A stretch of DNA of 64,000 bases. It comes from TPA_inf: Saccharomyces (lineage: Eukaryota). The notes under the pieces were generated by a model that did not search any database, was not told where the DNA came from, and saw only the letters and a list, made by a program, of their open reading frames with translations. The translations under genes and the position numbers were made by a program. The stretch lies in contig BK006943.2 of the NCBI GenBank assembly GCA_000146045.2, positions 416,001-480,000 of the forward strand. The letters are read 5' to 3'. This document shows, piece after piece, positions 46,721-56,759 of the stretch. The number at the start of each line of letters is the position of its first letter. The stretch's first letter is position 1.

Positions 46721-48253
46721 ATGACTTCATCTCTAGATGATATAGAACCAACAGCATATAATAATATGGAAGCGGACGAGGAATATTGCAGACGCAACGA
46801 TATACATGACCTTTCCAGCGTGGTCGGTGATGCTGTCTCACAAGGTGTGCCAGACATGGATGGTCAAACAACGGATTCTTCGAAGGACCCTGAGCCAAAT
46901 TCCGAGGATAAGAAAGCGTTTCCTCCTTCGAGTGGCTCATTTTTTTCTCCTAATCTACAGGGTCAAAGGAAGAAAGTTCTTTTAAAGTTTGTTTTCACAA
47001 ATTGCTTACTGGCCATAATTTGCTTTACAATGTTTGTGTTGTTCTGGGGGGCTCTTTACGACACCAGCAAGTATCTACACAAAGTTAAGCTTCTGGTTGT
47101 TATCCAGGAACCCCCTGTGGTAATTTTGGATAATAACAGTTCCATGGTAGTGCCCTCCATATCGTATGCTTTGCCTACTTTTATCAATAAAATACCATGT
47201 GATTGGGATATTTATAACAGTCCTACCTTCCAGGCCAAGTTCGACGTAAATACGCCACAGCAAGTCAATGACAAGGTTGTCGATTTGGTTTACGACGAAA
47301 AATACTGGTTTGCCATTAATATCAAGCCAAACGCCACGGAGACTCTATTTGAATCACTAATCAACGATACCGCACCACTATTCAATTCTACGCTGTTTAA
47401 TCAGGTGGTATATGAAACTGGTAGAGACCCGACAAACCTAAAATCAACGATTTTACCGGTTGCTCAGACCATTGAAGAGTACTACCATACATTCTACACA
47501 CTAAATTATCTGCCGCCGTTATTGACAAACATAACCCAGGTATATCGTTATGCACTAACTAACAATGCAAGGTATATCGCTGCAGCAGGTAAATATAACT
47601 ACGAATACTATGACCACAGACCATTCACAGACCGTATTCTACTGGCACCCACACAAATCGGTGTTGTTTACTGTTTACTGCTAACTTTTTTCCAATTTCT
47701 ATTGTACGGCCCATTACACGTAGAAATGGCAAAAGTGCTAAGACCAGCCAACGGTTTAATTTACCGTATCGCTATGTCATGGTTCACCTTTTTCTTTGCG
47801 TCTTTGTTCTTCTGCACAACAACCGCCATCTTTCAAGTCGATTTTACCAAGTCCTTTGGTAGAGGTGGCTTCGTCGTATATTGGATGTCTACGTGGCTCT
47901 TCATGCTTGCTGCGGGAGGAGCTAACGAAAATGCGGTTATGCTTGTTATTACGTTAGGACCCCAGTATCTCGGGTTCTGGATCCTATCATTTGTCATTCT
48001 CAATATTGCACCTTCTTTCTTCCCATTAGCGCTAAACAATAATGTTTATAGATATGGGTACATGATGCCCGTTCACAACGTCATCGATATCTACAGGGTT
48101 ATTTTTTTTGACGTGACAAGACGCAAGATGGGTCGGAATTATGGTATTTTAGTCGCACTCATTGCCTTGAATACGGCACTGTTACCATTTGTTGGCAAGT
48201 ATGCTAGTAGAAAACTAAAACAGAAGGCTTTAGTGGCAGCAAAGCAGAGTTAA
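46721..48253 (+). CDS. Membrane protein of unknown function (YJR015W, SNG1-like), 510 aa
   Basis: 510 aa with multiple transmembrane helices. Confidence 0.75.
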   Translation: MTSSLDDIEPTAYNNMEADEEYCRRNDIHDLSSVVGDAVSQGVPDMDGQTTDSSKDPEPNSEDKKAFPPSSGSFFSPNLQGQRKKVLLKFVFTNCLLAIICFTMFVLFWGALYDTSKYLHKVKLLVVIQEPPVVILDNNSSMVVPSISYALPTFINKIPCDWDIYNSPTFQAKFDVNTPQQVNDKVVDLVYDEKYWFAINIKPNATETLFESLINDTAPLFNSTLFNQVVYETGRDPTNLKSTILPVAQTIEEYYHTFYTLNYLPPLLTNITQVYRYALTNNARYIAAAGKYNYEYYDHRPFTDRILLAPTQIGVVYCLLLTFFQFLLYGPLHVEMAKVLRPANGLIYRIAMSWFTFFFASLFFCTTTAIFQVDFTKSFGRGGFVVYWMSTWLFMLAAGGANENAVMLVITLGPQYLGFWILSFVILNIAPSFFPLALNNNVYRYGYMMPVHNVIDIYRVIFFDVTRRKMGRNYGILVALIALNTALLPFVGKYASRKLKQKALVAAKQS

Positions 48254-48450
48254 TTTCGTAGATTATAATTAAGGCGACTTTTCAAATAAAAAAATACTGA
48301 TCGTTGTTTTTTTTTAAATAAATGTTTATCCATTCAATGGACTATAATAAATATTTATATATATATATATATGAAAAGATTGCGAACAAAAAAGATGATG
48401 GAAAAGGAGAATCTCTATATATATATTCATCGATTGGGGCCTATAATGCA

Positions 48451-50208
48451 TCAAGCATCTAAAACACAACCGTTGGAAGCGTTGGAAACCAACTTAGCAT
48501 ACTTGGATAGAGTACCTCTTGTGTAACGAGGTGGAGGTGCAACCCAACTTTGTTTACGTTGAGCCATTTCCTTATCAGAGACTAATAGGTCAATCTTGTT
48601 ATTATCAGCATCAATGATAATCTCATCGCCGTCTCTGACCAACCCGATAGGACCACCTTCAGCGGCTTCGGGAACAATGTGGCCGATTAAGAACCCGTGA
48701 GAACCACCAGAGAATCTACCATCAGTCAACAATGCAACATCTTTACCCAAACCGTAACCCATCAGAGCAGAGGAAGGCTTTAGCATTTCAGGCATACCTG
48801 GTGCACCTCTTGGACCTTCATATCTGATAACAACAACGGTTTTTTCACCCTTCTTGATTTCACCTCTTTCCAAGGCTTCAATAAAGGCACCTTCCTCTTC
48901 GAACACACGTGCTCTACCCTTGAAGTAAGTACCTTCCTTACCGGTAATTTTACCCACAGCTCCACCTGGTGCCAATGAACCGTACAGAATTTGCAAGTGA
49001 CCGTTGGCCTTGATTGGGTGGGAGAGTGGCTTAATAATCTCTTGTCCTTCAGGTAGGCTTGGTGCTTTCTTTGCACGTTCTGCCAAAGTGTCACCGGTAA
49101 CAGTCATTGTGTTACCGTGCAACATGTTGTTTTCATATAGATACTTAATCACAGATTGGGTACCACCAACGTTAATCAAATCGGCCATGACGTATTTACC
49201 AGAAGGTTTGAAGTCACCGATCAATGGTGTAGTATCACTGATTCTTTGGAAATCATCTGGTGACAACTTGACACCCGCAGAGTGAGCAACAGCCACCAAA
49301 TGCAAAACAGCATTAGTGGACCCACCGGTTGCAACGACATAAGTAATGGCGTTTTCAAAAGCCTCTTTTGTGAGGATATCACGAGGTAAAATACCCAATT
49401 CCATTGTCTTCTTGATGTATTCACCAATGTTGTCACACTCAGCTAACTTCTCCTTGGAAACGGCTGGGAAGGAAGAGGAGTTTGGAATGGTCAAACCTAG
49501 CACTTCAGCGGCAGAAGCCATTGTGTTGGCAGTATACATACCACCACAAGAACCAGGACCTGGGCATGCATGTTCCACAACATCTTCTCTTTCTTCTTCA
49601 GTGAATTGCTTGGAAATATATTCACCGTAGGATTGGAACGCAGAGACGATATCGATGTTTTTAGAGATCTTCGAAGAACCACATGTTGGATGACCGGGCA
49701 AGATAGTACCACCATATACCATGATGGAAGGTCTGTTATGTCTACCCATGGCCATCATGACACCGGGCATGTTTTTGTCACATGATGGGATGGCGATGTT
49801 AGCATCGTAGTGTTGTGCCATCATGATGGTTTCAAAGGAGTCTGCAATGATTTCTCTACTTTGTAACGAGTATCTCATACCTTTAGTACCCATAGAGATA
49901 CCGTCTGAAACACCGATGGTGTTGAACTGCATAGCTTTCAAACCCGCTTTTTCAATGGATTGAGAACATCTGTTATTCAAGTCCAATAGATGCATGTTAC
50001 ATGGGTTACCGGACCACCAACAGGAACCAACCCCGACTTGAGGCTTCTTGAAATCTTCCTTCTTGAAACCGGTGGCATAAAGCATGGCCTGGGACGCACC
50101 TTGGCCCTTAGGTTCAGTGATGATATACGAGTACTTGTTGAGCTTCTTTGCAACGCATCTCGTTGTAGAGAATTGTCTAGATGTAGCAACTTTCGTTAAC
50201 AAGCCCAT
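48451..50208 (-). CDS. ILV3: Dihydroxy-acid dehydratase (branched-chain amino acid biosynthesis), 585 aa
   Basis: 585 aa with an IlvD/EDD family signature (..CDKNMPG.., ..SGGSHG..) and an N-terminal mitochondrial presequence. Confidence 0.9.
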   Translation of the reverse strand: MGLLTKVATSRQFSTTRCVAKKLNKYSYIITEPKGQGASQAMLYATGFKKEDFKKPQVGVGSCWWSGNPCNMHLLDLNNRCSQSIEKAGLKAMQFNTIGVSDGISMGTKGMRYSLQSREIIADSFETIMMAQHYDANIAIPSCDKNMPGVMMAMGRHNRPSIMVYGGTILPGHPTCGSSKISKNIDIVSAFQSYGEYISKQFTEEEREDVVEHACPGPGSCGGMYTANTMASAAEVLGLTIPNSSSFPAVSKEKLAECDNIGEYIKKTMELGILPRDILTKEAFENAITYVVATGGSTNAVLHLVAVAHSAGVKLSPDDFQRISDTTPLIGDFKPSGKYVMADLINVGGTQSVIKYLYENNMLHGNTMTVTGDTLAERAKKAPSLPEGQEIIKPLSHPIKANGHLQILYGSLAPGGAVGKITGKEGTYFKGRARVFEEEGAFIEALERGEIKKGEKTVVVIRYEGPRGAPGMPEMLKPSSALMGYGLGKDVALLTDGRFSGGSHGFLIGHIVPEAAEGGPIGLVRDGDEIIIDADNNKIDLLVSDKEMAQRKQSWVAPPPRYTRGTLSKYAKLVSNASNGCVLDA

Positions 50209-50336
50209 CTCTACTTTTTTCTTGGCTGTTTACAAAAAAATACAAGAATCCGTTACTAAAGATTACAGGCGCTACAATGCATAATAAAACTTCAGTCTCT
50301 TCTTTTGTTACATTATATAATATACTACTATATTAC

Positions 50337-50343
50337 TGAGTCA
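50337..50343 (+). promoter_or_regulatory. Gcn4 response element TGAGTCA, about 130 bp upstream of ILV3
   Basis: The palindromic heptamer TGA(C/G)TCA was read directly, 5' of an amino-acid biosynthetic gene. Confidence 0.5.
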
Positions 50344-50520
50344 TCTGGAGAGGAAAAGAGAAAATTTTTTTTCAGGCCCGGTTCCGCTCGCAGCGAAGAA
50401 CAGCGCCATTTAACTATGTGACTAGTTAATTTTTTTTCTTTTCATGGGTTCAGCGAGGACGGAATGGATACAAGAGGGAATAAGAACATAAAAAGGTGAG
50501 GTGGAGAAGCAAATGCCAAC

Positions 50521-51033
50521 CTAACCTACCCGCTTGATCACATGAACACCGCTTCCTGATTCAACGATATCGCTTACCTCGCCGACCTTGAGCTGGAAGG
50601 CAGCGTCTTCAAAGCTAGGCTGCATCTCGCCTCTCCCGAACCAGCCGAGGTCGCCGCCTCGCTTGTATGAAGAGCAATCTGATCTCTCTTTAGCCAGGGC
50701 CTCGAAGGAGTTCGTCTTAGAGTCGTCATCCAACCTCGTGATTAAGGTTTTCAGTTCGTCCGTAGCGTCTTGCTTGGATATCGTAATGTTCTCGGATCTA
50801 TGCGATGCGGGTCTTCTTGAATCCTTGTGCTTGATGAGAATGTGCAGGCATCTTACACGCACTGGATGGTCTCTTAAGTGCTTGTGTAGCTGGTCCTTGT
50901 TGGTGCCCTCAGGCTCCTCCCATTGCGAGTGCTTCGTCTCTGGATTGAAAAAATACTCTCTTTTCTTGGACTTACTATACCTGACGGTCCACGGGGTTGG
51001 CAGCCCGGTCCTCGATGCTACGTCAGATGGCAT
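50521..51033 (-). CDS. ESS1: Parvulin-type peptidyl-prolyl cis/trans isomerase (Pin1 homolog) with an N-terminal WW domain, 170 aa
   Basis: Taking the first ATG in the ORF (51033) gives MPSDVASRTGLPTPWTVRYSKSKKREYFFNPETKHSQWEEP (WW domain) followed by a rotamase domain, 170 aa in total. Confidence 0.85.
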   Translation of the reverse strand: MPSDVASRTGLPTPWTVRYSKSKKREYFFNPETKHSQWEEPEGTNKDQLHKHLRDHPVRVRCLHILIKHKDSRRPASHRSENITISKQDATDELKTLITRLDDDSKTNSFEALAKERSDCSSYKRGGDLGWFGRGEMQPSFEDAAFQLKVGEVSDIVESGSGVHVIKRVG

Positions 51034-51231
51034 TGGTGCGTCGTTGTGGTGCCGTAGTCGGTTATGCGTGGGAATAAGTACCACAATGATCATTCAGGTC
51101 CTTTTTCTACTTAGATCGAAGGGAAAAAGGTATGATACCCGCTCGTGAAAGGTGATGTAATAATAAATAGGATATTATTATATAATATAAGAATATATAT
51201 GTATGTGTTTATACGTGGGAGGGAATTGTCC

Positions 51232-52281
51232 TCAGAACTTGGCTCGAATGTCTCGTTCTGACCCGTAGACAACGTAGCCCTCCTGAGAGACGCTTGCCAT
51301 GATGCGTCCCGACTGTGTGTCGAAATACTTGCCCTGTACGAGGTGCTTGTCCCAGTGGGACCTGGGATTCGAAATCTTAAGATAGATCCAATTGTTCACA
51401 TGAGGCAACTGGTGAAAGTAAATCGTGTGGTCGAGCGAGACACTGAAACTGTGGCAGTACAAAGGCAGGTTGTGGAAGTACGGGATCGTGAGTAGGAGGT
51501 AGGAATCGGACAGATACGCAAAGGCCACGTAGTTGTAGCGAGCGTCGTTCTCAGGAGTAATGCTCTTCGGGATCCTGTACGGATGATGCTTGTGTAAAGA
51601 AGACTCGTCGCCCGCGTGCTCCACGGTAGTGATGGGAGGTCTCACTTTGACGAAATAATCCAGCTCGTCGGTGTGTCTTGCCGAGTAGAACATGTCCTTG
51701 GGGAATTGGTACTCCATGACTCCGTATTGAAACGCATCCACATACTTGCTCATCGAGGTTGCGTCTTGGAACCTGTCGGACAATGAGGCATACCTGCTCA
51801 ATTTCTGTGGGTCCAGAACTTCTTTCTGGAAAAGCGAAGTGGCCTCTTCATAACGATGAGGGTCTGGCTGCTTACCTTGCAGGCCTGGAATCGTCTCCCA
51901 GTGCTGCAAGGAGTCGTGCTCCTTGGACCGTTGCACGGCAAATAAGATCATCGACGTAAATATCAACTTGTCGTGCTGATAAGCACTAACCTGCTTATGG
52001 ATGAAATTTCTACCGTTTCTCAGATTCTGCACATGGTACGTGATCTTGGTCCGCGGATCACCACCCTTGATGAAATACGAATGTAGCGATGTGGGGAAGA
52101 AGTTCAATGGCACAGTATGCAATGACGCCAGCAGCGATTGTGATACCAGCGTTCCACCAAAAGTGCCCTTAGACCCTACGGGCGCGGCAGGCAGATACTT
52201 TGTGACAAAACTGGTAGGCGAAAGAGGAACCAGTTCCAATATTTTCTCTAGGTTGGACATGGCCATTTTGGAAGCACTCAT
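51232..52281 (-). CDS. TES1: Peroxisomal acyl-CoA thioesterase, 349 aa, with a C-terminal AKF (PTS1)
   Basis: 349 aa, ending ...RDIRAKF. Position matches YJR019C. Confidence 0.85.
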   Translation of the reverse strand: MSASKMAMSNLEKILELVPLSPTSFVTKYLPAAPVGSKGTFGGTLVSQSLLASLHTVPLNFFPTSLHSYFIKGGDPRTKITYHVQNLRNGRNFIHKQVSAYQHDKLIFTSMILFAVQRSKEHDSLQHWETIPGLQGKQPDPHRYEEATSLFQKEVLDPQKLSRYASLSDRFQDATSMSKYVDAFQYGVMEYQFPKDMFYSARHTDELDYFVKVRPPITTVEHAGDESSLHKHHPYRIPKSITPENDARYNYVAFAYLSDSYLLLTIPYFHNLPLYCHSFSVSLDHTIYFHQLPHVNNWIYLKISNPRSHWDKHLVQGKYFDTQSGRIMASVSQEGYVVYGSERDIRAKF

Positions 52282-52388
52282 TTTTATGCAATCTTGTCTT
52301 ATCTTGTCTTGCTCATGGTGGATACTGAATTGAAACCCTTTTCTGGTTTATATCCAACTGGCGTGGTTTTTCATTGTAGGATGAGGCT

Positions 52389-52411
52389 CGGTGTTTATGC
52401 CGTCTCTTCCG
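52389..52411 (+). promoter_or_regulatory. Candidate oleate response element (Pip2-Oaf1 site) CGGtgtTtAtgccgtctcttCCG, about 110-130 bp upstream of TES1
   Basis: It fits CGGN3TNAN9-12CCG exactly, with an 11-nt spacer. TES1 is a peroxisomal beta-oxidation-associated gene. Confidence 0.5.
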
Positions 52412-52554
52412 AGGATGCAATCAAAGGCTCTCTCCTTTGTTGGGGTAGTAGCAAGTCCAATAAGCAACGCTTGTTTGTTGATTGGGCCGATTTACATAGC
52501 CTATACACTGCTGTTACATATGCCTGTGTAGAATGAAAAAGCAGGACGCCCGTT

Positions 52555-53579
52555 TCACAGCTCAGATTCCAGAGTGTCGGGTCTTAGTTCCTCCCAGGGA
52601 ATAATGGTCCTGGCCGCACGCTTCAGCCGATGGCTAGCGTCATCATTGTCTTCGCTATTGTGGTTTTGGCTGGTGGATAGGGTTGGGGAGCTGGATCTTC
52701 TGCGTTTCATGGACCTTGTGACCATCATTCTTGGTGGCGGCACGGACTTCTTACGCTGCTTATCGTGGGCTTCGTCCATATCGTGCAGGAGTGTGGTGCC
52801 ATTCAGAGACACATCCGGGCGATCGTAGGCGTGATCTGCCTTTTCTCGAAACGCCATCTCTAGAGCAGTCTGGCGGGTTTGTAGACTGTGCATGTCTTTG
52901 GATAGAGACAGGAGCACTTTATGCACGTCCTCCAGTTGGCTGCCGACGTTGAAGAGCATCTCCTGGGTGCACCTCATCGACTTTTCCGTCTCATGCTGCT
53001 TGTTAGTTACGTGTCGCGTTATCTTGGAATTATACCTGCTTATTTCTTCGACTAATACCTGCCTGTAGCTGGAATCCGACTTTGTCTTCTTCTCGTCGCC
53101 TTTCGATAACATTGCTGTTGACACTTTGTCCAGTTGGTTTTCAATCTGGGAAGCCAAATCCTTTATTAAGGTTTTCACGTTTCCTATACTACAGTTGTTA
53201 GTAAATGTGTTTTGGAAGAAAATGAATAAAAAACTTGAGGGTATGCACTGTGTTGGTACGAACCGTTCGTAGCAGCATCTTGTTCCAGTAGCTGGTTAAA
53301 CTTGTTTAGCGATTTACATAATGTCTTAGAATTTTCATTTAAAACTTTAATTAGCTTGTCAGAGTTTTCCCTCAGCTCCATACTCTCCAATTCCAGTTTA
53401 CCTGCCCATTCCAGTATCTGCTTGTCCGATTCCTCTAAAGCGCCTGCATTCGCTACTTTCCCACTGTGGGAGAATATAGATCTGAACGGTGATGATGTTT
53501 CTGTAATCATCAACGAGTGTTCAGAATTAGCCTCTGAAACATCTGTAGATATCTCGTCTGTTCTACCTCTAGCGACCAT
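52555..53579 (-). CDS. REC107: Meiotic recombination protein Rec107/Mer2, 314 aa. It is spliced: exon 1 is 53264-53579, the 80-nt intron is 53184-53263 and exon 2 is 52555-53183.
   Basis: Exon 1 ends ...GCTACGAACG, followed by the non-canonical donor GTTCGT. The branchpoint TACTAAC and acceptor TATAG are present. The exons join in frame (...[14 protein letters not shown]...). 105 codons plus a split Gly codon plus 208 codons gives 314 aa. Confidence 0.8.
53237..53244 (-). promoter_or_regulatory. Mer1 intronic splicing enhancer ATACCCTC (AYACCCUY) inside the REC107 intron, 13 nt downstream of the 5' splice site
   Basis: Minus strand reads GTTCGTACCAACACAGTGCATACCCTCAAG. The enhancer consensus AYACCCUY is exact. 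Confidence 0.7.
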
Positions 53580-53783
53580 TTTACTAAATGTTTCTACACG
53601 TCTGCAGTATCCTTGTTTTGCTTGTTTTCCTTCTTTCTGTTCTTGTTGATTTTCCCTTTAAGTCCTGAAAATACTATCATGGCGTAAAGGGAAAAAAAAA
53701 AACTAATCTTACGTGGTTCTTATAAGATGGACCAGCAAGCTGCATACAGTACACCATACAAGAAGAACACACTATCGTGCACC

Positions 53784-54113
53784 ATGTCAGCCACCTTGAA
53801 AGACTACTTAAATAAAAGAGTTGTTATAATCAAAGTTGACGGCGAATGCCTCATAGCAAGCCTAAACGGCTTCGACAAAAATACTAATCTATTCATAACC
53901 AATGTTTTCAACCGCATAAGCAAGGAATTCATCTGCAAGGCACAGTTACTTCGAGGCAGCGAGATTGCTCTTGTTGGCCTCATAGATGCAGAAAATGATG
54001 ACAGTCTAGCTCCTATAGACGAAAAGAAGGTCCCAATGCTAAAGGACACCAAGAATAAAATCGAAAATGAGCATGTAATATGGGAAAAAGTGTACGAATC
54101 AAAGACAAAATAA
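53784..54113 (+). CDS. LSM8: U6 snRNP Sm-like protein Lsm8, 109 aa
   Basis: The second ATG of the track ORF gives MSATLKDYLNKRVVIIKVDGECLIASLNGFDKNTNLFITN (Sm fold), 109 aa. Confidence 0.8.
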   Translation: MSATLKDYLNKRVVIIKVDGECLIASLNGFDKNTNLFITNVFNRISKEFICKAQLLRGSEIALVGLIDAENDDSLAPIDEKKVPMLKDTKNKIENEHVIWEKVYESKTK

Positions 54114-54126
54114 TATAGTTGCAATA

Positions 54127-54127
<1 letters not shown>

Positions 54128-54180
<53 letters not shown>
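54128..54180. repeat. (AAT)n trinucleotide microsatellite, about 17 units, between the convergent LSM8 and MDE1 3' ends
   Basis: An uninterrupted aataataat... run was read directly. It creates the poly-Leu stretch in the antisense ORF 53804-54205. Confidence 0.95.
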
Positions 54181-54181
<1 letters not shown>

Positions 54182-54229
54182 CATGTATAGAAGTATATAA
54201 ATCATACAATAAATTTAAGCATTAACCCG

Positions 54230-54964
54230 TCACGGACTGGCCATCTTCAGATGCTTCTTCTCTTCGCCAATGCCACAGTCGGGAGGAATCCCCATTTGGT
54301 ACATCTTTATGGCCAGCTCCATCAAATAATCGATGGCTTCGTTGAAAATTTTGGCCTTATCGATTGTCGGACCCCAAACAAAAATGCCATGTCTCCTCAC
54401 AATTACGGCGCATGTGTCTGGATAATCTTTAAAAGTCTTGTGCAAGTCATCGATCAACTCGTCCTCATGCGCCATGTTTTCAATGATGGGAATCTTCAGC
54501 GTATCAAAAAACGATAGCGCCATGGGTTTCTTGGTCACAGGGTCCACCTTTCCGCTTGGAATTGCTTTGATTTGTTCGATGTTAGCAATCCTGAACTCAT
54601 CGCCAAATAGCAAGGAGCATATCACAGCATTTTGGGAGTGTGTATGTATTATAGCACCTGCATTTTTCTTTTGGTAGCACGCTAAGAACAATGGAGTACA
54701 TGCGCTTGGCTTGTAAAGCTTGGGAGAGCGCAAATACTCTAATGTCTGAGCGTCCATGACAAACAAATCCTCAGGTATCATCTTCTCCTTCTGCACCCCA
54801 GATGGGGCGAGATAATAATAATTCGTGTTAGGATCTTTTATTGAAATCCCACCTCCAGTTCCGGTGCACCAATTATTATGAAAAAACTGCTTGCATAGCG
54901 TGCAAATGAGATTTGCTGGATGGCACGGATCATCTGAATGTATCAGAACATCTTGTGAAGACAT
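54230..54964 (-). CDS. MDE1: Methylthioribulose-1-phosphate dehydratase (methionine salvage), 244 aa
   Basis: 244 aa from the class II aldolase/adducin family. Position matches YJR024C. Confidence 0.85.
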   Translation of the reverse strand: MSSQDVLIHSDDPCHPANLICTLCKQFFHNNWCTGTGGGISIKDPNTNYYYLAPSGVQKEKMIPEDLFVMDAQTLEYLRSPKLYKPSACTPLFLACYQKKNAGAIIHTHSQNAVICSLLFGDEFRIANIEQIKAIPSGKVDPVTKKPMALSFFDTLKIPIIENMAHEDELIDDLHKTFKDYPDTCAVIVRRHGIFVWGPTIDKAKIFNEAIDYLMELAIKMYQMGIPPDCGIGEEKKHLKMASP

Positions 54965-55137
54965 AGTCGTTCACTGGCTCCCCTTGTTAGTTCAGTGCTT
55001 AAAAACGTTACATATCTTGATGAACAGCTAGCTGCTTTGATCAAGAGAAAAAAAAAAAAAATTGGCACCGCATCTTAGTGCCGCAATCTTACGTAACAAG
55101 AGAGCTATAAAAGTACAACTAACAACTCTTCTAATAC

Positions 55138-55671
55138 TTAATTAGATTGAGGGCGTGCGTAGTTTAACGTCTTGCAATGGAAACATGTCCTCTTTTCGAC
55201 ATCATTTTCAAAATCTAAAATGGCTTCTTTCACTTGGGTACCTAAGTCTAACATTTGCAGTTCACTCTCGTGGACCACTTGGCGACAATGAGAACAGTAC
55301 CACCTTATCTTATCGTTTTCTCCCCCAGGCCTATCTTGTTCCACAACAATACCCACAGTATCAGCAAACCGAACAGGACTGTGAGGAACATTTCCTGGCA
55401 ATAAATATGAATCGCCTTCATTGATGATGATATCAATGAACTTTGGTTCAGCGTCTGTCTCATCCACAACCTTTAAAAGCATAGATCCTTTTTTTTGATA
55501 GAACCATTCGGGAGTTGGATTGATGTGATAACCGGTTCTTTCATTAGGCCCACCGACAATCATCACAGTGAATCCCCCTTTATGTAAGCAATAATTATTC
55601 ACCGGTGGTTTCAAAAGGCCTTCGTTCTCCTTCAACCATTTGTCGATATTAATTGGTGTAGTATTAAACAT
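55138..55671 (-). CDS. BNA1: 3-hydroxyanthranilate 3,4-dioxygenase (NAD biosynthesis), 177 aa
   Basis: 177 aa with a cupin fold and a C-terminal CxxC...CxxC pair. Position matches YJR025C. Confidence 0.85.
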
Positions 55672-56759
55672 TTTTTTCGATTTTTTTGGTAAATGTATGC
55701 TATTTCAGTTACTTGTAGACTGTCGTGAAAAGAATAAAGAAAGAATCTTTTACGTCCGTTTTTTTACTTTGCCGAATATGTTTCAGTGACTCACAATTTA
55801 TCCTGACGCCGTCACAAAGGCAGCCATTCCATTGCAATAACGACACTCTGAATATTCACGAACGTTCACCAGACATTTGGAGGCAGCGTTCTAAATGCCG
55901 ATACCCGTTCAGGAGTACAGGTGTCAGTGACAGAAAAATAATGGCACCGTTGACGTCGAAAATACATCCGCGCAAATTTTGACAGGCTATTTTGGCAGCG
56001 CAATCAAAGAATAAACTTGGTATAGTAAGGAAGCCAGTTACTGTACGCATGAATTACGGTAGCTTTTTTTATTTTATTTATTTTTTTTTTTTTTGGACAA
56101 ATAGAAAAATTTTTATTATTATGTAAGATTATTGAAGTAAAAATACAATTGGACGAATCTAGTTAGATTGCCAAGATGTGTTAAAAGGCAAGATTAACTT
56201 ATGAACATGATCTACAACGTCCTGGTTTTTAAATTCGAGTAAATACGCCTCCTTTTTATCTGTGAATGACAGTCCTGTTCTCCCAAGTCTTTTTACATCA
56301 TGGAGACGGGAGTTATACTCTCTCGGGTACAAGGTTCCTTCAGCATCAGAACAGATCACAAACTTTATCGCAACAACAATTCCTTTATATTCCTGGGAAA
56401 ATATGTCGGTATAGCCTACTCGAGACGGCTTCCAAACATCAGCTTTCGTTTTAACATGTTGCTGTTGGAATAAAAATCCACTATCGTCTATCAACTAATA
56501 GTTATATTATCAATATATTATCATATACGGTGTTAAGATGATGACATAAGTTATGAGAAGCTGTCATCGAAGTTAGAGGAAGCTGAAACGCAAGGATTGA
56601 TAATGTAATAGGATCAATGAATATAAACATATAAAACGGAATGAGGAATAATCGTAATATTAGTATGTAGAAATATAGATTCCATTTTGAGGATTCCTAT
56701 ATCCTCGAGGAGAACTTCTAGTATATTCTGTATACCTAATATTATAGCCTTTATCAACA

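Noticed and set aside
50588-51148. 186-aa ORF antisense to ESS1
   Set aside because: Fully overlaps a conserved WW/rotamase gene on the other strand. No independent evidence.
52001-52536. ORFs 52001-52333 and 52294-52536 on the + strand, opposite to and upstream of TES1
   Set aside because: They overlap the TES1 5' end and promoter (including the ORE), are short, and have poor coding character.
53804-54205. 133-aa - strand ORF with a (Leu)24 run
   Set aside because: The poly-Leu is the antisense reading of the (AAT)17 microsatellite. The rest is antisense to LSM8.
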